DNA of 64,000 nucleotides from an uncultured Planctomycetaceae bacterium (GTDB lineage Bacteria; Planctomycetota; Planctomycetia; Pirellulales; PALSA-1355): the NCBI GenBank assembly GCA_963785305.1, contig CAWAUV010000007.1, forward strand, positions 1,728,001-1,792,000. The letters run 5' to 3'. The position numbers were made by a program, and so were the translations under genes. This document shows positions 34,233-44,900 of the stretch, piece by piece; the stretch's first letter is position 1, and each line of letters opens with the position of its first letter. The notes beneath the pieces were generated by a model. The model ran no database searches. It was given only the letters and a program-made list of their open reading frames with translations, and was not told the DNA's origin.

Positions 34233-36152
34233 CGAGTGCTCGCAATCGGGTGGCTGTGAATTTCCGCGAATCGCGGATAGCCCACGATGCCGAGCGCCGC
34301 GACATCGGCCGGCTCCGAAAAGCGGCCTTCATACAGGGCCCAGTCGCGGCCGCGACGCACCAAGCGCATGGCGGTCAGTTCGATCAGCTCGAAGCGATTG
34401 TCGCGGGCGCCATAAAGCGAGCCGGGGAAATGGCCAAACATTCTGACAAGGGGCCGCGAAAAAATTCGGCGCCAGCACTTCCTCGCGCACATAAATGCGA
34501 AAACTTCGGACGCACATGGGCAGCGGCTTGTCCGTGGCGCTTGCGTCGCGACGCATCGCGCGGTCGACCGTGCTCAGGATCACGAAGCCGGCATGATCGC
34601 TGGTGCATTGCTCGCAAAGCGCGTAGTCGACATGCGGCGCCGCGGCGCCCGACGGCCAACGGGCCGGAGTGCCATCGACGGCGCGAATCGAGCGGCCGAT
34701 GCATTTGCTGAAAAACTCGCCGGCGATTTCGGGCCGGTCGGCGCCGAGCCATCAGCGCCAAGTGGTGACGGCGATCGTCGCGTCCGCGGGAATCTCCTCG
34801 CCGAGCCCGGCCGCGAATGCCGCTTCGACCATCGACCGCATCGGCAGATCATTGACTTCGCGCCAGCTCGCGACGACCGCGCGATTCATGTCCAAAGTGA
34901 GCGTCGCGACGATTCCATTGACCAGGGCCAAACTCCAGGCGCATTTGCGCCATTGGCCGGGGAGGACCACGCGCAATTGGGCCAACCCCCAGGCGATGAT
35001 GAGCGCGAGTCCGAAGCATTCGAGATACACGGGCAAATAAGCCGCTCCGACGGCTCGCGCTTGATGCCGCGCGCACATCGCGACACACAGCGCCGGGACG
35101 AGCCAAAGCGCGAGCCCGGCCAGTTTGACCACCGGCTGGGGCATGGCGGTGGATTCGCGATCTTCGGCCACGCGCCGGAGCAGAAACAGGCTCAGGCCCA
35201 CGGCGGCGATGAGCGCCGCCCAGCTTTCCCACTCAAGGGCGATGGTCCAAGGGCGCCAGATCGCGGCGCGATCGGCCGCGCAGAGCGCCAGGTAACCCAG
35301 CGGCGCGGCGCCGCCGGTCTGCGCGGCCCAGGTCTTGAGGATTTTGGGCAGAGACCAGTGGAGCTTGTCCTCGGAGTCGATCGTGTCGGCATGGTGAATT
35401 CGCAGCCAAATGACCAAGATCATTGCGATGAGCGAGAGGAGCAACAACGGTGAAAATCGCCGTAGCGCCACGCGCCAATCGCCGGCGCGGATCCAAAGCG
35501 GAGCCAAGAGCACGAGCGGCAAGCCGTAGCTGGCTTCGTCGGTGACGAGCGCGATTCCATAACAGAGGGCGCAAGCCGCGAGATAGATCGGCCGCGAGGA
35601 GCGGTGATAGGCGTCGATCGCCAGCAATGCCAGCAGCAGCAAGATCGCGATTGCTTGCAATATTCCATGCGACGTGAGAAAAGGATCGTCGTGCATGCGC
35701 ATTTGGTAGAGGAGCGTGAGACACAACACCGAGAGCTGCGCGATCGGCGCTCGGACTTCCCAGCGGAGCAGCAGCCAGTAAAAAAGCGGCAAAACGGCCA
35801 GCGATAGCGCGAGCACCATGCGCTTATGCGTGGCCACGTCGTCGGTGTGGTAAGCCAGATAGGGGCCGGCCACGCTGGCGAGCGGCGTCAAGCGGCCATG
35901 CGATAGATCGCTCCGCAGATTTTCACGTGCGCAAGTCGGCCAGCGAGCAATGTCGCGAACGCAGCAGCCCCGCCACGTTCGATGTGCGCATGTCGTCGCC
36001 CACGAAGGGCGAACTCAAGACCGGCGAGAGAAAGAACCCGGCAAACACGAGCACCGCCAAAAAACCTTCGTGCCGCACCCACGCGCTCGCGGTGCGCGGC
36101 GCCACGAGGTTTCAGACGACACGCGAACGTCGAGCACGGGCGACGCGTTCAT
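34229..36152 (-). CDS. Polytopic membrane protein, GT-C-like; several frameshifts, core ORF 34752..35891
   Basis: First TM followed by SPFVGDD, then GRLTPL; multiple TM helices, LVTDEAS motif; its stop overlaps the start of the next gene. Confidence 0.55.
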
Positions 36153-36449
36153 GAGCGGGGCGCGTTTCTGCGGCAAGGGAAAGGGGGCAAGCCATCCATC
36201 GGAAGCTGGGCGCGGGCTTCCGGCAAGCGGAGGCCGGTTCGGCGAGGGCAGCGCGGATTTTCACCGGGGGCGGGATGCTAGCCGAAATCCACGGACCCGG
36301 CAACCCAGACTTCGCGGCGACTGCAATGCTTGCAACGCGCGAATCTCGCGATGCGCCATGGCGAGGCGGCCAAGAGAGTCCCGCCGCGCAAAACACACGC
36401 GTGCCTTCCAACGTCGATGCCTCGAAAGCACAATCGCTAGCGGCTCTTA

Positions 36450-39400
36450 TCAGGCCGGGATCGCCGTGGCATGATGGGCGGCGCCGTTGCTGCCGACGCT
36501 GGCTCCCACGGGCGAGGGCTCGATCTTGGCGATCTCTTCAAGCAGAATCGCCACCGTGTCGCGAATCTGTTGTTCGCTGTGCTTCGTGGTGATGAAGAAC
36601 CGCAGCCGCGCGGCCCGCTCCTCGACCGCCGGATACAGGATCGGCGCCACATTCACGCCGCGATCGAACATCGCGTTCGACAGCCGCATCGTGAGCTCCG
36701 AATTGCCGAAGATCACGGGCACGATCGGAGTGCCTTCGCTCGGGCCGGTGTTGAGCCCGGCGGCCCGGGCCAGTGAGAGAAATAGGGCTGCCCGCTCGCG
36801 AAGGCGCACAAGCCGCTCGGGTTCGCGCTCGAGCAATTGCAAGGCGGCGAGCGCCGCGGCGGCCACCGGCGGCGACATGCCGTTGGAAAAAACGAAGCTC
36901 GGCACGGTGTATTTGAGGTATTGAATCAGGGCGTGGCCGCCGACGATATAGCCGCCGCAGCTTCCAATGCCCTTGCTGATGGTGCCCATGAGGATGTCGA
37001 CGTCCGAGGCGGGCACATTCCAATGCTCGGTGATGCCGCGACCGGTCCGGCCAAGCACGCCGATCGAGTGCGCCTCGTCGACATAGAGCATTGCCCGATG
37101 CTTGCGCTTGAGGGCGACGAAGGCCGGCAGATCGGAAATGTCGCCGTCCATGCTGTACACGCCTTCGATCGCCACGCACACCCGGCGATACTGCGGCCGA
37201 AGTTCATTGAGCAGCCGCTCGCAGGCGGCCACGTCGTTGTGGGCAAACGGTCTGCGCCGCGCGCCCGAGAGAATCGCGCCTTGCACGATGCTGTTGTGCG
37301 CGAGCGCGTCGTGCAGAATCAGGTCGCCGGCGCCGAACAAATGCCCGATCGTGGACTCGTTCGTCTGGTGTCCCGAGACCATGGTGATGGCGGCTTCGGC
37401 GCCGAGAAACTTGGCGAGATACTCCTCGATATCCAGATGCACCGTCTTCTGCCCCGACACGAGCCGGCTGGCCGACACACCGGTTCCAAATTGATCGATC
37501 GCGGCCTTGGCGGCGGCCGAAACAACGGGATCGCCCGACATGCCCAGGTAGTTGTAGCTGGAAAAGCTGGTCAATTCGCGGCCTGCGATCACCGTCGTGT
37601 CGTCGATCACCGCTTCGTGGACCCGGAAGTAGGGGTTCGGCATTCCCGAGGCGTCGTTGGCGGCGATGGCTGCCTTGAGCTTGATGTATTCGGGAAAAAG
37701 CTCGATGGAATCGTCCGAGGGTTGAATCTCGCGGCGCTCCGCGGCGGGCTTTTCACCGGCGCCCAAATACAGCTCGATCGCGGCGGCCACTTCGCGCGGG
37801 GTCTCGATCGTGGGCAGCACTTCCTCGGGGAAGCGTCCGCCGTAGTGGTCTTCGAGCGAGGCGATGATTTCCATGCGTTCGAGCGAATCGAGTCCGAGCT
37901 CGACGATCGAGGAGTCGATCGTGATATTCGCGGCCCGCTCCTTGCCGACGAGCCGCACATGGCGCATCACCACGGCGGCGATCGCGGCGAGTGATTCGGG
38001 CTTGGCTTCGGGCGCCTTGGGTTCGTCCACGCCATGCGAGCCCACGAACCAGGGACGTTGTTCGTCGCCGAGCGCCTTGCCCGCGGGCGGAGCGCCGCCG
38101 AGGGCGCTTGCTTCGCCGGCCCCGGGGGCGCCGCGCTCCACTGGCCGAGGATTTCCAGCGTGCCATCTAAAAAGCCGCGGCGGCAGGCGTGTCGCTGGAT
38201 TTTACCGCTCGATGTCTTGGGAATGCTGCCGGCCTTGATGAGCGCGATTGCTTCGACATTCAGCTCATGCTCGGCGGCGACTTCCTTGCGAATCGCCTCG
38301 AATACATCGGCCAAGTCCTTGTTTTGCCGGCGCTCGATCTCGGCCACGATCACCAGCCGGTCGCGACCCTCGATCGGCGCAACAAACGCCGCGAATTGCC
38401 CGTAGCGCAGCCGCGGGTGGCAATTGCCGATCGTGGCTTCGATGTCTTGCGGATAATGATTGCGGCCGCGAATGATAATCAGGTCTTTGATGCGTCCGGT
38501 GACGAAGAGCTCGCCGTCGCGTAAAAAGCCGAGGTCGCCGGTGCGCAGGAAGGGCCCCTCGCCGGTGTCGCTCAAATACGCTTGAAACGTATGCGCCGAC
38601 TCCTCGGGGCGATTCCAATATCCTTGCGAAACGCTAGGGCTCGCGACCCAAATCTCGCCCACCCGATCCGGCGCCGCGGTCGCCAGCGTGTCGGGATCGG
38701 CGATCACGAGCCGCTGATCGAGCAACTTGCCGCCGCTGCCCACGAGCTCGATCACGCCGTCTTCATCGGGCGGCGCATCGACGACTTCATTGCTCTCAAG
38801 CGCGCGGGACTCGAAGGAGCGAATCACCGGCGGCGCGGCGCGAAAGCCGCCCGAGACCAGGAGCGTGGCTTCGGCCATGCCGTAGCAGGGATAAAACGCC
38901 TCGCGGCGAAATCCGCAGGGCTCGAAGGTCTTGGTAAACGATTCGATCGTCTCGGCGAGCACCGGCTCGGCGCCATTGAAAGCCAAGCCCCAGCGGCTGA
39001 GGTCGAGCCGGCTCCGTTGCTCGGGCGTGATCTTGCGCACACATAGATCGTAGGCGAAATTGGGGCCGCCGCTGATCGTCGCCTTGTGCTTGGTGATCGC
39101 CTGAAGCCAGCGAAACGGTTTTTGCAGAAACGTGATCGGCGACATCAATACATTGGGCTGACCCAAATAGAGCGGCTGCAAGATGCCGCCGATCAGGCCC
39201 ATGTCGTGATAGCTTGGCAGCCAAAAAACGGCGCTGCCGCTGCGGGTGTGTTCGAAGGCGTAGGCGATCGTCGCCGAGTTGTGCATCAGATTGGCATGGG
39301 TGAGCATCACACCCTTGGGAGTGCCAGTCGAGCCCGAGGTGTATTGCAAAAACGCCAACGTGTCGCCATGCACGTCGGGCGGCCGCCAGTCCTCCGCGAG

Positions 39401-39871
39401 CTTCAGGTCGAGCTGGTCGGTGGCTTGCCAAGCGATGCGTTTCAGGTCGGGCGCCTCGTCGAGCACGAGCTCCACGCGCTCGAGCACCGATGCCACCGTG
39501 AGCGCCACCTTCGCCTGACAATCATCGACGATCGACTGAATCCGATTGAGCGAGCGATTGCGCCGCGGTGGATAGGCGGGCACCGCCACCACTCCGGCAT
39601 AGAGACAGCCGAAATAGGCCGCGATAAAGTCGAGCCCGGCCGGATAAAGGAGCAACGCGCGTTCGCCGGTGAGCCCGCGAGCGGTCAGATAAGCGGCGAT
39701 CGCGCGCGCTTGCTGATCGAGCTGCGAGTACGTGATTACGATCTCTTCGTCTTCGCCATCGACCAAATAGAGGAATGCGCGATCGTGGGCTTGGTGCGAT
39801 GCACGATGCCGAAGCAGGTCGACGAGGTTGGAGGGACCGAAAAAAGATCCCGGCAAATAATCGAGATGCAC
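36450..39871 (-). CDS. Fused fatty acyl-AMP ligase + acyl carrier protein + PLP alpha-oxoamine synthase (SPT/BioF-like); frameshift near 38143
   Basis: FAAL: LAFLQYTSGSTGTPKG, WLP.YHDMGLIG, GGPNFAY, YGMAEATL, RTGDLG, PKTSSGK; ACP: LGLDSLE; AOS: FSSYNYLG, HNSI, EGVYSMDGD, DEAHS, GTISKG. Confidence 0.9.
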
Positions 39872-40299
39872 GGCGGGTTTGGCTCTCTCGGAGTGTGCGG
39901 TTTTGGGCGTCGCCCTCGCGGGCCGCGGGTCACTCGCGACCCCCGGAGCCGGGAGCCGACGGCGAGCGCGGCCGCTCGGGTGGCGTCTCTGTGTATTTCA
40001 CTCATCGGCCGGGATCGTCCCGGGGCAGGACAATTCGTCTCGCCGAAAGGCTCTCGGCCCGCGGCGCCCGCGCTGTTTTCCTTCCATGCCCGAATCGCCG
40101 CGTCGGCGCGAAGTTACGACGACGGCGCGGACATTGCGGTCGGCGGCGGGCCGTTTGACCGCTTGAAAGTACCACTCCGGGTCACAAATTTCAAACGTCC
40201 CGATAATCTAGGGGGAGTTTGCTGGGTGAAAATCGAGCGGGGCGCGATTTTCGGGTCGGATGTTGCAACCGTTTTAGATGGCGCGGTTTAACGCGGGAA

Positions 40300-40590
40300 T
40301 CAGGCCCAATCGAGGCCGGTCGCGTTTCGCACGCGATCTTCGTAGTCGCCGAGCAGCCCGCCGATCACGGCCCAGGCGGCCCGTTGCCGCACCTCGAGAT
40401 CCCCCTGCGGATTGATTCGGAGCAAGCTATGTTCCGTGATGCCGTGCGATTTGAGGGCTTCCATTTCCTCATGGCTCACGATTCGGAGCAGCGTCTTGCC
40501 GCTCATTTCTATGAATTTAATCACGTTGCCGGATTCCCGAGACGAACGCATGTCGCGAGGAGCGCCTCGCAGGCGCTTTGCCGTTCCCAT
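40300..40590 (-). CDS. Small hypothetical protein (start uncertain)
   Basis: Protein-like C-terminal part IKFIEMSGKTLLRIVS...LLRINPQGDLEVRQ...WAVIGGLLGDYEDRVRNATGLDWA. Confidence 0.6.
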   Translation of the reverse strand: MGTAKRLRGAPRDMRSSRESGNVIKFIEMSGKTLLRIVSHEEMEALKSHGITEHSLLRINPQGDLEVRQRAAWAVIGGLLGDYEDRVRNATGLDWA

Positions 40591-40850
40591 GATAGTTTCG
40601 CGCCCCGTCGGAAACAAGTTTGCCACGACGCCGATCGGGGGGCATCGTGGCGAAAGAGGGCGATGCGAGCTTATCCCGCGGGGATTATCTCGCGGGGCTC
40701 CTCTCAACCGCTCCGCGGGCTCGAGGCCCGCGCGAGCGGGCGACCGAATGCAAGGCCAAACTCGGCTGGCGTGGCCTGGCCGCGCGGATAGAATCATGGG
40801 AACCAATTCGGGATTCGGAATTTATTTGCCCCCGGGCGGAGGCGGCTACT

Positions 40851-41393
40851 TTGTCGATCGACGCAGCGAAGTGTCGCCCCACGTGCGATTTGAAAAACGC
40901 CTCGCTCGCGGCGTTTTTTGCTTGGTTATTGCCCGGCGCCGGGCATTTCTACCAGCGACGCACCGCCAAGGGCCTCTTGTTCATGGTCTCGATCCTGGGC
41001 ACGTTTTTTTTCGGCATGTGGCTTGGCGGGGGACATGTCGTCTACGCCAGTTGGCATTCCGAGGATTGGCGGCTGCCTTATTTGTGCCAAGTCGGCGTGG
41101 GACTTCCCGCGCTGCCGGCCTTGGTGCAAACGGCACTCGTCTCGCGGGGTCACGAACCGTTTTGGGACGGAGCGATGGCTCCCCCGCGGCAAGTTCCCGA
41201 TGATTTGTCGAACTGGGAAAAGAACCCGGCGTTGAAATTCGGTCTGGGCTCGGTTTACACAATGGTGGCGGGCCTGCTCAACATCCTGGCGATCTACGAC
41301 GCCTACGACGGGCCGGCGGTCGCCGAGGAAGAGCCTGAAGAACCCAATGCCGAAGATCGCAAGAAAGGTCCTGGCGGCGGCGCGAAGACCTGA
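40851..41393 (+). CDS. Membrane protein (DUF6677/TM2-like)
   Basis: GGAGG RBS then TTG 40851; AAFFAWLLPGAGHFYQ.R..KG, YTMVAGLLNILAIYDAY. Confidence 0.75.
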   Translation: MSIDAAKCRPTCDLKNASLAAFFAWLLPGAGHFYQRRTAKGLLFMVSILGTFFFGMWLGGGHVVYASWHSEDWRLPYLCQVGVGLPALPALVQTALVSRGHEPFWDGAMAPPRQVPDDLSNWEKNPALKFGLGSVYTMVAGLLNILAIYDAYDGPAVAEEEPEEPNAEDRKKGPGGGAKT

Positions 41394-41475
41394 TCGAATT
41401 GCCCGCGGATGCCCTATATTTCCATTTCCGATCGCCGCGTCGCTCGGCTCCCACGCCCCAAGGCGTCAATAAACC

Positions 41476-41649
41476 ATGCACAATCAACTCTGGTACGCCG
41501 CGCCGCTGATCGTGTCGCTGAGTCTTGTTTATGCCGCGACTCGCCACGAGACCCTCGAGCCGATTCTCTGGCACGCCCTGCGGTTTTCTTTGTGGACGAC
41601 GGGGCTCATGGTCGTGGTCTTCGTGGCGCTCGCGTTCATGACCTGGTGA
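41476..41649 (+). CDS. Small two-TM membrane protein (57 aa), missing from the ORF track
   Basis: MHNQLWYAAPLIVSLSLVYAATRHETLEPILWHALRFSLWTTGLMVVVFVALAFMTW*. Confidence 0.7.
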   Translation: MHNQLWYAAPLIVSLSLVYAATRHETLEPILWHALRFSLWTTGLMVVVFVALAFMTW

Positions 41650-41689
41650 GGGCCGCGCCGGCCCGGGCCCTCGCTGCAACGGCGACGCT

Positions 41690-41712
41690 CCCCTTTCCCC
41701 TCCCCCCGTCCC
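41690..41712 (-). other. Canonical G-quadruplex-forming motif
   Basis: Minus strand GGG-AC-GGGGGG-A-GGGG-AAA-GGGG, intergenic. Confidence 0.5.
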
Positions 41713-41972
41713 TTCTATCGGGCGCCCGCGCGACCGTCCTAAAAAAGTTCGGAAAAAACTTGCGGAGATCGCGCGGCGAGGTTACAGTGAGCGCATTCCT
41801 ACGTTGTCCAACGATTTTTTATTAATGGTCCGCGCGCCGTGCCGACGAGCCGCCAACGAATCGAGAAATCCGGTTTACCCCGCCGCATTTCCCGCCCCAT
41901 TGGCGCCGCGATCAGTGCCGAGCTTGCAGCCCATGTGTTCACGCCTTGCCCCCCCACCCAGGCTGAATTGCA

Positions 41973-44900
41973 ATGCATCACACCCTGTCGTTTCGTTTAC
42001 GCTTCGCTCGCCGCGGCCAATGGCTAGCCCTCGCCTTGGCGTCATGCGCGATTTTCTCGCGCACTGCTCGGCGGCGCTGGCCCAAACCGACACTTGGACG
42101 GGCACGACCGATAACACTTGGAACACGGCGAACAACTGGTCCGGCGTCGCCGTGCCCAATCCCGGCGACTCGCTGATCTTCACCTCGGCCACGGGAAGCG
42201 GCGGCCTCGATCTCAATAACAATCTCACGAGCAACGCCTTCAACATCGCCGGAATCACGTTCAACTCCGGCGCGGCCGCCTTTGTGATCGGCGACGGAAC
42301 GAGCAACGCCAACGTCGGCAACGCATTCGCGCTCACCGGCGGCGTCAGCAATCTCGGCACGAACCTCGAGACCATCAACGATCCATTCAGTATGTCGGCG
42401 GTCCAGACGTTCACGATGACTCCTGGCGGAGGCAACCTCACGCTCGGCGGCAGTATCAGCGGCGCCGGCGGCGGCATCACCACCGCCGGAGTCGGCGTCC
42501 TGTCGCTTACCGGCAGCGAAAGCTACACCGGCGCCACCACCGTCGCTGCGGGAACCACGCTCTTGCTTTCCGGCGCCAACTCGCTCACCGGAACCACCAG
42601 CCTCTCGGGCACGCTCGACTTCAATAGCACGACCGCGCTCGGCGCCTCGGCCCTGACGATCAACTCGGGCGCCACGCTCGACAACACCTCCGGCGGCGCG
42701 ATCACGAACGCGAACAGCAGTCTGACGCAAACCTGGGCCGGCAGCTTTACTTTCAACGGCTCGAACGCGCTCAACATGGGCACAGGCGCCGTCACCGTGG
42801 CGTCCGGCGCGAATCCGATCATCACCCTCAATGGCTCGACGCCGATCAACACCAACCTGCCGGTGACCAATGCTACCGGTTCGCTCACCGGCGACACGCT
42901 GACGCTCGGCGGCAATCTGTCCTTGGGCGCCAACAATCTCACCATCGCGGGAACAGGTGGCCTTGTGCTCGCGAGTGGTGGCAACATCGCGGGCACGGGC
43001 ACGCTGACCATCAATTCCGGCGCCGCGCTTCAAGTCGGAAATTTCACCAACGGCTTCTCGATGCCCACTAGCGGCGCGATCACCGACAACGGATCGCTGA
43101 TTTTGCAAAACGGCGGCATCGGGGTGAACAACCAGATTTCCGGCAACGGCAGCATCATCGTCAATGGGGCCAACAACGGCATTAGCTTCGGTGGCTCGCT
43201 GAGTGCCTTTACCGGAACCTGGGTCTTCGACAGCGGGCGTTTATCCGCCGGCGCCACGAGCGCGTTCGGCTCGACCACTCCAGGTAGCTTGCCGTCGATC
43301 GTGATCAATGGCACGAGCTCCGGCGGTGGCCAGATTTATGTCAACGGCGGCGGGCCTTATAGCAACGCGCTCACGATCAACGGCGTCGGGTACTCGGAAG
43401 GCAATGGCAACCTCGGCGCCCTGCGGTTGCAGAACGGCGTTATATGGGCAGGCCCGATCACGCTCGGCAGCAGCGCCAGTATCTCGTCGTTTGCCGGTCC
43501 CTCGTCCATCACGGGCTCGATTTCGGGCCCCTCGAACGCGGTGCTCTCGCTGGGTGGGCCCTTGATCAGCGGCTACTCCCAATTGACCATATCCAACGCC
43601 AGCGGAGCCAACACCTATTCCGGCGGCACCATCGTCGGCAATGGGTATGTCACCGCGAGCTCCGCCGGTGTTCTCGGCTCCGGCCCGGTGACAATTACCG
43701 CCAGCGCCGCGTCCGGTGTCACCAATCCCTCGCTGACGATCGGCGCCGCCAATGTGCTCGGTTACTATGCGGGCACAAGCCCCATTCCGGTGACGATCGC
43801 TTCGGGCGCGGGCGGCATCACCAGTTCGCTGATAATGAACGCCAACGACACCATCGGCGCCTTGAACTTGGGTGGCGCCTCCTCGGCCACGAGCATCGCC
43901 CAGGTCACCGGCGCCGGCACACTGACGCTCGATGGCGCGGTGAACTACAACACCGGCGCCACGAATCCCGGGCCCGCGTTGATCAGCGCTCCGCTCGCCT
44001 GGACCGGAAACGAGAACTTCAACATCACGGCCAGCAGCAATAGTTCGGGCGCCGATCTCACGGTTTCCGGCGTCATTTCCAGCGCGAACGCCAACAGCTT
44101 GAGCGTCAACGGAACCGGCACGCTCGTGCTCTCCGGCGCCAACACATTCTCCGGCGGCGTGACGGTCAACGGCGGCGGACTGGGGCTCGACAACTCCGGA
44201 AGCGGCGGCACGAGTTCGGCGCTCGGAACCGGCGCGCTGACGCTCGCCAGCGGTAGCTCCCTCAATAACTTTTCCAGCAGCGCGGTCACGCTCTCGACCA
44301 ACAATCCGGTGACGATCGCCGGAAACTTCAGCTTCGGCGGCACGCAAAACCTCAACCTCGGCTCCGGCGCCGTGACCGACAACGCCGCCACGCAAACCAT
44401 CACCCTCAACGGCTCGGGCACGACCCTCGCGACCGGCGTTTTGACGAACAATTCCAGCGCCTCGCAAACGATCACCGCCAACATCGGAACCGGAACCGGC
44501 AGCACGCTCGCGCCCGCGGGCTACGCCATGGGCAGCGGTTTCTCGAACACGATCAATGGCTCGGGCGCTGTCACCTTCACCGGCCCGATCACCGATGGCG
44601 GCGTTGGCGGCGCGAGCAGTCTCACCTATAGCGGAACCGGCACGCTCTCGCTCACCTCACCCACTGGCAACAGCTACAACGGCCCCACGGTGTTCAGCGG
44701 CGGCACGGTCGACCTGAGCAACACATCGGGCTCGGCCACCGGCGCCGGCAATGTCACGCTCAATGGCGCCACGCTCATCACCGGCGCCCAGGCCACGATT
44801 GCCGGCTCGCTCACCAGCGGGACGAATAGTTCGTTGATCGCTCCCGGCGGTATTTATATCGCCGGCGGCCCGACCGCCACCTTCGGCACGCTCGATGTCA

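Noticed and set aside
36450..37700. Biotin synthesis bioF
   Set aside because: The domain is fused to a long-chain FAAL and ACP and no other bio genes are adjacent; not formally excluded without phylogeny
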